From assembly GCA_937899155.1 (NCBI GenBank), contig CALDJM010000033.1, positions 1 to 34,083 on the forward strand: a DNA stretch of 34,083 nt, written 5' to 3'. Of the stretch, positions 1 to 7,819 are shown piece after piece (the stretch's first letter is position 1; every line of letters starts with the position of its first letter). The stretch comes from an uncultured bacterium (GTDB taxonomy: Bacteria; Patescibacteriota; Dojkabacteria; SC72). Below the pieces are notes generated by a model. It did not search any database. It had not been told where the DNA came from and saw only the letters and a program-made list of their open reading frames with translations. The position numbers and the translations under genes are program-made.

Positions 1-1817
1 TATGTTTTAATCTCTCCGACCTGTTTAGAGTACATCTCGTTATATAAACCCTTCATTTCTATTAACTGCTTATGTGTACCATCTTCTATAATCTTACCCT
101 GATCAATTACTAGTATCCTTTCTGCATTTTTTACTGTTGCAAATCTATGAGATACAATCAAGGTTGTTTTATGTTTAGAGTTTTCTCTAAAGTTCTCAAA
201 AATCTTCTCTTCTGAAATACTATCTACTGCACTAGTCGGTTCATCTAGAATTAAGAATTTAGCATTTCTGAAAAAAGCTCTTGCCATAGCTAACTTTTGC
301 CACTCACCACCTGAGAACTCTACACCTTCTTTAACATCTCTACTGATAAAGGTGTTGTATTTCTTAGGAAGTTTATCTATCTTAGAGTGAATGTCAGATT
401 TCTTTGCTGCTTCTACAACATCCTTTTTATTTTGATTTGTAGTATCTCCAATGAAAATATTATCTGATGCTGAGATATTAAATTTATTAAATGTTTGGGA
501 TAGAATACCAACAAGTTTGTAATATTCATCCAGATTAAGATCTTTTATATCAACTCCATTGATTAGAATCTTTCCTTTCTGAGGGTCGTATATTCGAAGA
601 AGTAGTTTTATCAAAGTTGTTTTCCCTGCACCATTTTTCCCAACTACAGCAATGTCTTCATCTGCTTTTATAGAAAAATTAATATTCTTTAACACCCATT
701 TTTTACTTCTGTCATATTTAAACCAAACATCTTTGAATTCAACAGATACTCCTTTGTCAATATTGCTTAAAATGGTATCACCACTAATTTGAGTGTTTTT
801 CCAATTTTGTAGGTTGTAGAAAGTTTCAATTATCTTTCTGTTTGCTGATATTGAGGAGGATACATAGAGGACTTCTCCAATGTCGGAACTGAATTTTTGA
901 TATGCTGAAAGAACAAAGGTAAGCATACCGACTGTGAGTTGCCCAGCAAATACTAGTTTTACTGCATATATGAATACAAATATGGTTAATAGCCATGAGA
1001 ATAACTCTGCAAGGGTGTTCCATTTGTATCTTTTGATATAGTTTTTTTGGAGTTTACTACTAAATTTTCTATTTAAGTCCTCTGCTTTCTTTACAAGATA
1101 TTTGCCATATTTAAATACAAAAGCCTCTTGCATTTGTTCGAATTTGGTACTCCAGAATGTTCCTCTGTAGCTGGAATATTTAATCTTTTCTTCTCCTTTT
1201 CCACCCCATATATTCCATACCTGTTTTCCAAAGTGTTTTATGATTACGGCAGAGGGTATTACAGCAATTATTCCAAGTAATGCAAATATTGGCACTTGAG
1301 AGTAGATTGAGATAAATGAGAGTACGATAACGGGTAATAGGGCGATAACGTTCATGGAGTTATACAGAGAACTAGAGACTTCCCAAGAGTTCCAAGCGAG
1401 AGTGTTTTTCATGTTTACGAATTCTGGATCTTCATATGCACGAGGTTCAATTTCTAAATATTTTGTAAGGTATACTTCGTCTTCTAGGTGTGTTCTCCAC
1501 AGTGCTCTTATACTGTCAACATATTTGTATAAGTTGTTGGCTATAATCCCAATTAGAGTTACAACAATACCAACCACAATTGTTGGTACTAATGAATCAA
1601 AGCTTGCTCCTTGATTGTAACTTTTAGTAATACCATCAATTATTTTTGCTAGTATGAAACTATAGATGAGTGGGTATACTCTTGTAAGGAATCTTAGTAT
1701 CGTATATGTCCATATTTGCCAAGTATACTCATTCTTTTGATAATACTTTTTATATGCAAATATCAACAACTTAATGAGATTTGGTTTTTTCTGTTCTTCT
1801 TTTTTGACTTCTTTCAT
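1..1817 (-). CDS. ABC exporter, fused transmembrane + ATP-binding protein (MsbA-like); C-terminal end lies beyond window start
   Basis: Not in the ORF track because it is open at the window edge. My translation of the minus strand from ATG at 1817 (MKEVKKEEQKKPNLIKLL...) gives 605 codons without a stop. The N-terminal half is hydrophobic. It is followed by Walker A VVGKNGAGKTT (codon GAA at 659 is in frame with 1817), signature FSGGEWQKLAMARA, Walker B FLILDEPTS and H-loop VSHRF. Confidence 0.85.
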   Translation of the reverse strand, partial: MKEVKKEEQKKPNLIKLLIFAYKKYYQKNEYTWQIWTYTILRFLTRVYPLIYSFILAKIIDGITKSYNQGASFDSLVPTIVVGIVVTLIGIIANNLYKYVDSIRALWRTHLEDEVYLTKYLEIEPRAYEDPEFVNMKNTLAWNSWEVSSSLYNSMNVIALLPVIVLSFISIYSQVPIFALLGIIAVIPSAVIIKHFGKQVWNIWGGKGEEKIKYSSYRGTFWSTKFEQMQEAFVFKYGKYLVKKAEDLNRKFSSKLQKNYIKRYKWNTLAELFSWLLTIFVFIYAVKLVFAGQLTVGMLTFVLSAYQKFSSDIGEVLYVSSSISANRKIIETFYNLQNWKNTQISGDTILSNIDKGVSVEFKDVWFKYDRSKKWVLKNINFSIKADEDIAVVGKNGAGKTTLIKLLLRIYDPQKGKILINGVDIKDLNLDEYYKLVGILSQTFNKFNISASDNIFIGDTTNQNKKDVVEAAKKSDIHSKIDKLPKKYNTFISRDVKEGVEFSGGEWQKLAMARAFFRNAKFLILDEPTSAVDSISEEKIFENFRENSKHKTTLIVSHRFATVKNAERILVIDQGKIIEDGTHKQLIEMKGLYNEMYSKQVGEIKT

Positions 1818-1866
1818 AAATGTATGATTAAAAATCCTTGTAATAGTAACATTTTTCTACTAATTT

Positions 1867-1881
1867 TGTAAAGTGTTACAT
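1867..1881. promoter_or_regulatory. 15-nt motif TGTAAAGTGTTACAT (inverted arms TGTAA-N4-TTACA), copy 1 of 2
   Basis: An exact reverse-complement copy lies at 3958..3972. This copy sits in the divergent promoter region between the ABC exporter and sufC. Confidence 0.4.
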
Positions 1882-1924
1882 ATATATCGACTTACATTTA
1901 ATTCTCTTTTCAATATGTAACTCA

Positions 1925-1933
1925 TGATATAAT
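1925..1933 (+). promoter_or_regulatory. extended -10 element TGaTATAAT for sufC
   Basis: The TATAAT hexamer at 1928..1933 ends 7 nt before the sufC ATG at 1941. Confidence 0.4.
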
Positions 1934-1940
1934 TAAGAAT

Positions 1941-2672
1941 ATGTTCCAAGTAAAAAACCTACATGTCACAGTAGAGAAGCAAAAGATACTCAAAGATTTA
2001 ACTCAAGACTTTAGTGTTCCTGCAGGGAAGTTTTTTGTTCTCTTTGGTCCTAATGGTTGTGGCAAATCAACACTTTTTAGAGCAAGTATGGGTTTTTCTA
2101 AGTATAAGGTAAAGGGGGAAATTCTTCTTGATGGTAAAAAGATAAATGGGTTGGATATAGATAAAAGGGTTAAAGAGGGTCTTGTATATATGTATCAAAC
2201 ACCTCCAATATTAAAAGGAGTTAAGTTTGAGAATATTGTAAAAGAGAGTATTGGTAAAGAGAAATTTTGGCAAGAGCATTCTAAAGATGTTGATATTTTA
2301 GATGCTAGAAAATTTCTCCAAAGAGATATTAATGTTGGTTTTTCAGGAGGAGAGGTTAAAAGAAGTGAGCTTCTCTCTATATCAATGCTTCCAGATATCA
2401 AAGTTTTTCTTTTTGATGAGCCTGATTCAGGTATTGATTTGGATAATTTGAAGAATATAGGGGAGTATATGACAGCTTTGCTAAAGAAGAGGAAAGCAAT
2501 GGGCATTATCGTTACACATAGTGGTGATATTTTGAAGTATATTGATGCATACAAAGGTGCTGTGATGTACAGAGGAGAAATTGGTTGTGTTGGAGACCCT
2601 TTGGAGCTTCTAGATTGTATTAAGAAGAAGGGATATAGTGAGTGTGTAAGTTGTAAAGGAAAACAGATATGA
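1941..2672 (+). CDS. sufC: Fe-S cluster assembly ATPase SufC
   Basis: Walker A GPNGCGKST, signature GFSGGEVKRSELL and Walker B LFLFDEPDSGID. The size and the 4-nt overlap with a downstream SufB/D gene are typical. Confidence 0.85.
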   Translation: MFQVKNLHVTVEKQKILKDLTQDFSVPAGKFFVLFGPNGCGKSTLFRASMGFSKYKVKGEILLDGKKINGLDIDKRVKEGLVYMYQTPPILKGVKFENIVKESIGKEKFWQEHSKDVDILDARKFLQRDINVGFSGGEVKRSELLSISMLPDIKVFLFDEPDSGIDLDNLKNIGEYMTALLKKRKAMGIIVTHSGDILKYIDAYKGAVMYRGEIGCVGDPLELLDCIKKKGYSECVSCKGKQI

Positions 2673-3700
2673 TGAATTTAGAAGATTTTTTAGACAATTA
2701 TTCTAACTTAGGTTTTAATCCATATATTGTGTTGAATGATAATGAGCCTCTTTTGATGGAGAGCGAAGATGATTCTTTGGAGGTTTTGAGTATAGAGAAT
2801 CCTTTGGTTAAAGAGTATTTGGAAAGTAGTAAGTTGAAACTTCAAGATAATGAATGGAAGGAGTATACAGGCTACTTTATCAAATGTGCTAAGAATTCTT
2901 TTGGTAATGTTCAGACATGTTTTTTGACATCTCAGAAAGGTTTAGAACAGAGAGTTCAGAATGTTATCGTTGTAGAAGAGGGTGGTCATTTAGACCTTTT
3001 CACAGGTTGTCTTTCTAGTGGTCATGTTAAGGAGAATGTACATAGAGCCATTACAGATATCTTCATTGGAAAGAATGCTAAATTAACATTTAATATGATT
3101 CATTCTTGGGGTAAGACCTCAAAGGTATATCCTAAAGTTGGAGTACATGTGCAAAAAGGTGGAACATATATCTCCAACTATATTGTTTGGGAAGAGGTTA
3201 AAGAGATTATTTCCAACCCCGTTATTGAACTATCTGATGGTGCTAGAGCAATTACACAGTCTCTTTCATATATTCATCCTAATTCAAATATTGATTTGGG
3301 AGGGGATATTAAACTTCTGGGCAAAGCTAGTGTTGGGGAGATACACTCAAGTGCTGTTAATGGTGGTGGTAGTTTTGTAGCTACAACGAGTATTGAGGGT
3401 ATTGGAGATGGTTCTAAGGGGCATATTGATTGTAATGCATTGCTTTTAGATGATAGGGCTACTGTTACAGCTATACCTAAACTTTATTCTAAAAACAGTA
3501 ATACACAGTTAACACATGAGGCATTTTTAGGTAGGGTGTCTAATGAGGAGATAGAGTATTTGCAGACAAAAGGTTTTAATTATGATGATGCAGAGGAGAT
3601 TATAGTTAAGGGTTTTGCTAATAAGGCGATAGAGAGTATGCCAGAGAGAGTTAGAGAGAAGATGGAGAGTATTTTAGAGAAAGCAAAGTTAGGGTTTTAG
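2669..3700 (+). CDS. sufB: Fe-S cluster assembly scaffold, SufB/SufD family (short form; B versus D not resolved)
   Basis: It is translationally coupled to sufC (ATGATGA overlap). The C-terminal LTHEAFLGRVSNEEIEYLQTKGFNYDDAEEIIVKGF resembles the conserved SufB/D tail (HEA...FYL..RG...A...GF). Confidence 0.7.
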   Translation: MMNLEDFLDNYSNLGFNPYIVLNDNEPLLMESEDDSLEVLSIENPLVKEYLESSKLKLQDNEWKEYTGYFIKCAKNSFGNVQTCFLTSQKGLEQRVQNVIVVEEGGHLDLFTGCLSSGHVKENVHRAITDIFIGKNAKLTFNMIHSWGKTSKVYPKVGVHVQKGGTYISNYIVWEEVKEIISNPVIELSDGARAITQSLSYIHPNSNIDLGGDIKLLGKASVGEIHSSAVNGGGSFVATTSIEGIGDGSKGHIDCNALLLDDRATVTAIPKLYSKNSNTQLTHEAFLGRVSNEEIEYLQTKGFNYDDAEEIIVKGFANKAIESMPERVREKMESILEKAKLGF

Positions 3701-3915
3701 ATTATTTCTATTATTTTTCTTCCTGTTTTTTTACCCAATTTAATATTTATATTACTTTGTGGTACTTTGAAGTATTTGGAGAGTAGTTTAATTATCTCTA
3801 TATTTGCTTTTCCTTCTATGGGAGATGCTTTGACATATATTTTGTATGTTCCATTTTCTAGTTTTTCAATGTGAGATGTTTTTTGTTTTGTTTTAATAAT
3901 TGTTTCTATTGTCAT
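3697..3915 (-). CDS. DUF167 (YggU-like) small protein
   Basis: 72 aa. The pattern YVKASPIEGKANIEIIKLLSKYFKVPQSNINIKLGKKTGRKIIEI matches the remembered DUF167 pattern (A.P..GKAN..l...l...l.v....v.i..G..sr.K). Confidence 0.6.
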   Translation of the reverse strand: MTIETIIKTKQKTSHIEKLENGTYKIYVKASPIEGKANIEIIKLLSKYFKVPQSNINIKLGKKTGRKIIEII

Positions 3916-3923
3916 TGCTCTTT

Positions 3924-3932
3924 ATTCTACCA
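3924..3932 (-). promoter_or_regulatory. extended -10 element TGGTAGAAT for the DUF167 gene
   Basis: The minus-strand hexamer TAGAAT (3929..3924) lies 8 nt before the ATG at 3915. Confidence 0.35.
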
Positions 3933-3957
3933 TGGTTTTTAATTCTATAATGTTTAG

Positions 3958-3972
3958 ATGTAACACTTTACA
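3958..3972. promoter_or_regulatory. 15-nt motif, copy 2 (ATGTAACACTTTACA, reverse complement of 1867..1881)
   Basis: Exact 15/15 match in opposite orientation. It ends 8 nt upstream of the -10 of the nuclease gene. Confidence 0.4.
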
Positions 3973-3980
3973 TTATAGGG

Positions 3981-3986
3981 TATAAT
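3981..3986 (+). promoter_or_regulatory. -10 element (GGGTATAAT context) for the 415-aa nuclease gene
   Basis: TATAAT ends 6 nt before the ATG at 3993. Confidence 0.4.
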
Positions 3987-3992
3987 TAAGGT

Positions 3993-5240
3993 ATGAACGA
4001 TAATTTTGAATATAAACAAGAAGAACTCATAAACAGACAGGAAGATACTTTTCGTGATATTTCAAATAGAAAAAGTGGTAACAGGTTATCTGTATCTCAA
4101 ATGGAGAGAGTAATACCTCTTTTTAACAAATATTTTGATGTAGATGATGAAATTGAAGTAGCAAAAGAATTAAAGAAACAGGAAGACAGGGAGTTAGATA
4201 CTCAGGAAGCAAAGATTAGTGCAAAAGCATCGATATATGGAACTCAAATTCATCAGTTACAATATTTTCAACAGCTGTTTTCTAGAGTACACAATTTATG
4301 TAGGGATGTTGATATTGAAGATTTTAAGGCTACATTTCCTTTTAGGGATAAGAGCTACTACAAAGCTTTGGAAACGATACATAATATGACAGCAGATAAG
4401 AAAGATCCAATACAGTTGTGGGAATCATGGAGATTAAATGGGCATGATTTTTCATTACCAGAGGGTGTTCAAACAATACTTTCTCCGAATGAGATAAAGG
4501 AGATATGGGAGGTAGATGCTGTTAAGAAGAAGGATGTTGATGAGTTTTCAAAGAATGTTAAAAATATGGAGAAAGGGAAGTTAGATCCTCATAGGAATTT
4601 GTTGATGAACGAGGTTATGTTAATAACTAATATGTATTTGGGTGATTCTAATTTGCAAACTACAACCATGGTTGATGAGGTTGTTGTACCAATAGATTTT
4701 CCTGATAAACCAATAGTGGTAAGGGACTACAAGACAGGTAGGCAATTTGCAAAACCAAGTATGACAGAGAATATCCAGATATTTTTGATGATGAATTCTG
4801 TTTTAACAAATATTGCATACGGTTCTCATGAGATGGAATGGGGTCAGAGGGATTGGGAAATGGTACGAAATCGTCTTAGGTTACCATCTTTGAATTCTAA
4901 GAACTACAAGAATACTTCATTTGGAAGTGTTTATGATTCAGATATTTTAATGTGGAGTGATATGTTTGATAGTCGTATTAGGTTTGAGTATGTTAATCCA
5001 CTTACTCAAGAGAGTTTAGAAATTACTGCTAAAGATATGGGTATTGATACGAAGGAGGGGTTGGAGAATGTTTTGATATATTTGGATGAGGTGAATAAGT
5101 TTTATGGTAAGTATAAGAAATTGATTAAACCATTATTTAAGAAAAAGTATGTTCCATATGTTTTACCTAAGTTTGATTATGATGGTTTTAAGAGAGGGAA
5201 TAGGGTTAAAGAACAATTACAACAGGGGTTTGTTTGGTAG
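3993..5240 (+). CDS. PD-(D/E)XK nuclease family protein (RecB/Cas4-like core, no Cys cluster)
   Basis: The motif series is typical of the RecB-like PDDEXK fold: LSVSQMER (S.S motif), YGTQIHQL (G..H), TTMVDEVVV (Asp), IVVRDYKTGR (D/E-x-K, DYKTG) and QIFLMM (Q..hh). Confidence 0.6.
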   Translation: MNDNFEYKQEELINRQEDTFRDISNRKSGNRLSVSQMERVIPLFNKYFDVDDEIEVAKELKKQEDRELDTQEAKISAKASIYGTQIHQLQYFQQLFSRVHNLCRDVDIEDFKATFPFRDKSYYKALETIHNMTADKKDPIQLWESWRLNGHDFSLPEGVQTILSPNEIKEIWEVDAVKKKDVDEFSKNVKNMEKGKLDPHRNLLMNEVMLITNMYLGDSNLQTTTMVDEVVVPIDFPDKPIVVRDYKTGRQFAKPSMTENIQIFLMMNSVLTNIAYGSHEMEWGQRDWEMVRNRLRLPSLNSKNYKNTSFGSVYDSDILMWSDMFDSRIRFEYVNPLTQESLEITAKDMGIDTKEGLENVLIYLDEVNKFYGKYKKLIKPLFKKKYVPYVLPKFDYDGFKRGNRVKEQLQQGFVW

Positions 5241-5246
5241 TTGGTG

Positions 5247-5465
5247 TTACTGTGTGTTTTTAAACATATCACAGAAGTCTTGGTTTATTTCCTGACTTGT
5301 TTCCTCTTTGTATATTTTTTCAATACCCCTATTACATACTGTTTTAACAGATGTTCTAAACATTAGTAGAGAAAACATATCTTTGTAAATGATAAAGAGT
5401 GTTAGTCCTACTAAGAAGGTAATGTTAAGTATTATTGATATTGTTAGTAATATTTTTGTTTTCAT
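5247..5465 (-). CDS. small membrane-anchored protein, N-terminal-module paralog of the 354-aa protein
   Basis: N-terminal TM MKTKILLTISIILNITFLVGLTLFIIY. The start overlaps the upstream stop (TAATG). It shares MF...S....C ... DFC.M with the 5465..6529 product. Confidence 0.5.
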   Translation of the reverse strand: MKTKILLTISIILNITFLVGLTLFIIYKDMFSLLMFRTSVKTVCNRGIEKIYKEETSQEINQDFCDMFKNTQ

Positions 5466-6529
5466 TATTCTATTATCCCTTCATTTACAAGTAAGATAGT
5501 TTCAGTTTGTGTTATTGTTTCTTTGTCATGTTCTATTAGGAATTTTTGTATATTGGTTGTTGGAACTCTTAGGGATAATCCTTTTTCTAATTTGAGTGTA
5601 GTGTTAATAGTTTCTGGTGGGTTAGGGTATTGGTATAGGAGTATGTATTCTTTGCCATCTTCTATATACACCTGTGCTTCTTCATAACAAAAGTTCTTAC
5701 CATCCCCAAGAATTTTTGTGGTATGTACAGCAGCATATTGGACTGCTTTACTATTTTTTAGGAAGAATATCTCACTATTACATTGTATGTGAGTTCCTAT
5801 GTAATCATTTAGAATCATGAATGGATATTTAAGTTGAGAGTTGTTGTTGATATATAGTTGTAAATTATATGTGTTTTCCCCTCTGTAAATTGCCATAGTA
5901 GTGTTTTTTAGGTGGTTACCTTGGTAGTTAACTTTGCACTCTTCGTATGCCATTGGGAACTTAATATGGAATGAGGGTTCAGGTTTCAGTGGGCACATTA
6001 CCTCAATTATATTTTCATCATCGATTTGGTATGTAAAGCTCTCTTCTTTGTTTAATGCATCTACTGGTTGGTTAAATGTTAGGTGTGGTAGGCGAGGAAG
6101 TGTTTCTAACTCTTTTTTGTCTACGACATTGTCTACATATGAAAGTTTTTCTAATATTGTTTGATTTTTTCCTTCTATTTTAGCTTTAGAGTATTTAATA
6201 TATTTGTTGTATAGTTCTTCTTTATCACTATTCTCTTTGTTAGGGGTAATGTTTTCTTCTGTAATAGGATTATATCTTTGAAGTTTTTTCTCCATGTTCT
6301 TCCATTCTTCTGACCCTTCTTTCATATTACAGAAATCTTCTAATGTTTTAGTGTTAGGGTGATTAGGAATATCTTTTCTTGATTTTGATAGTAGGAAGTA
6401 GCATGCACCTCTTTTCGAGAGTTTGAACATAACAGGGTGGAAGAGTTTTGTGAAGAGGGCTAAGGATATTATAGTGAGGAAGAGAAGGTTGATGATTGTT
6501 GAGATTGTTAGTAGGGTCTTTTTATTCAT
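5465..6529 (-). CDS. membrane-anchored protein of unknown function (paralog family)
   Basis: N-terminal TM MNKKTLLTISTIINLLFLTIISLALF. The C-terminal region shares LKYPFMIL..IGT...IFFLKN...VQY with the 273-aa protein. Confidence 0.6.
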   Translation of the reverse strand: MNKKTLLTISTIINLLFLTIISLALFTKLFHPVMFKLSKRGACYFLLSKSRKDIPNHPNTKTLEDFCNMKEGSEEWKNMEKKLQRYNPITEENITPNKENSDKEELYNKYIKYSKAKIEGKNQTILEKLSYVDNVVDKKELETLPRLPHLTFNQPVDALNKEESFTYQIDDENIIEVMCPLKPEPSFHIKFPMAYEECKVNYQGNHLKNTTMAIYRGENTYNLQLYINNNSQLKYPFMILNDYIGTHIQCNSEIFFLKNSKAVQYAAVHTTKILGDGKNFCYEEAQVYIEDGKEYILLYQYPNPPETINTTLKLEKGLSLRVPTTNIQKFLIEHDKETITQTETILLVNEGIIE

Positions 6530-6973
6530 ATTTTAAGAATGTAGATGTTAGGGATAGTATAGGATATATATTAACAAAAACAAAGTAACAGATACTCTAA
6601 TTATTCAATTATCAAAATATAACATTCGGAATCCAAGAAACAAGAACGAAAAAATGTATGTTTTTACAAAGGGAGAAATTAGAGAAATTCTATTAACAAA
6701 AGATTGGCAGTAAACCTCCGCTTTCAGTATATTATTCCAATACCGCAGAGGGACTTCCCAATCTATTGATAACATTGTACCAAAACACCCCCTTAATCTC
6801 AAATCAAACATACTAATTCATTCGAGACACATGTTTCATTGCATCGATTGCATGGTAATCATTATCTATTAGTTCATTCAGAATATTACCGTTAAATAAC
6901 TCGGACCTACAATTCCTTTGCTGTAAATGGAATGGTGTTGGGTATCAATATGTGTTTATATCTTACTAAACAC

Positions 6974-7795
6974 TCAATCTTCAACAAATCCAGCAACCTC
7001 TATGATAGATGATTCTCTTACAATCATTTTCTTATCATGATCTATCTCCCACCTAGAAATCTTATTACCTATAAATGCTGGATCTGACCAATAACTGTAT
7101 ATATAGGGTTTGTTACTTTCTATATCAATATATACATTAACCTCTATATTAGATCTTAGTACTTGTTCAGTCAATTCGTTGTTATATCTAATCTCATATC
7201 TCACTAACTCATCATTAATTAGAAAATAAATAGCCTTTTTATCTCTAGACGAACCAATTGGCTCTTCTGCAACAATTAGTAATGGATACTTAAGCTCTGT
7301 ACTATGAAAAGTATGTAGTCCAACCTTGCCTACAAAGCCCAATTGTTCTCTTATTCCTATATTTGAATATATCTTGTCCTTGTACATAAGTTCCCCAGAG
7401 AGATATATCTGTGAAAGTTCTTCTTTATATTCTTCATCCTTGATATATTTAACCTCTACCTTCTCATTATTACCAATGTCATATGAAAATATGTCTGACT
7501 TTTTCAAATCTATTTCTGGAATTACAGTAATGGGTTCTATCTCTTTTAGGTTCGTTTTATCATATTCTTTTACAATATCAGAAACATCTTCTAACATTGC
7601 CATGGTGTATTCATCTTTTAGTACTGCTTCATTACAATCTTTAGTTTTTATATATCCACAATACTTCTCTACAATTTCAATTCTATGATTGTTAATATTC
7701 TCTTTTTTCTGACTATCTAAGTGTTTGGTGAATATAGCTACTAATATTGTTGTAATAAGAAGGAAAGAAATACCGATTAGTATCTTTGTTTTCAT
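6974..7795 (-). CDS. membrane-anchored protein of unknown function (paralog family)
   Basis: N-terminal TM MKTKILIGISFLLITTILVAIF. It shares LKYPLLIV..IGS...IYFLIN...VRY with the 354-aa protein. It lies 24 nt downstream of the macro-domain gene. Confidence 0.6.
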   Translation of the reverse strand: MKTKILIGISFLLITTILVAIFTKHLDSQKKENINNHRIEIVEKYCGYIKTKDCNEAVLKDEYTMAMLEDVSDIVKEYDKTNLKEIEPITVIPEIDLKKSDIFSYDIGNNEKVEVKYIKDEEYKEELSQIYLSGELMYKDKIYSNIGIREQLGFVGKVGLHTFHSTELKYPLLIVAEEPIGSSRDKKAIYFLINDELVRYEIRYNNELTEQVLRSNIEVNVYIDIESNKPYIYSYWSDPAFIGNKISRWEIDHDKKMIVRESSIIEVAGFVED

Positions 7796-7819
7796 ATTAT
7801 ATATAATTAAAAACTTAGA

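Noticed and set aside
826-1614. Track ORFs 826..1023 (-) and 1354..1614 (+) as genes
   Set aside because: Both lie inside the 605-codon minus-strand ABC exporter frame (1..1817), which has clear Walker/signature motifs. They are alternative-frame or antisense shadows.
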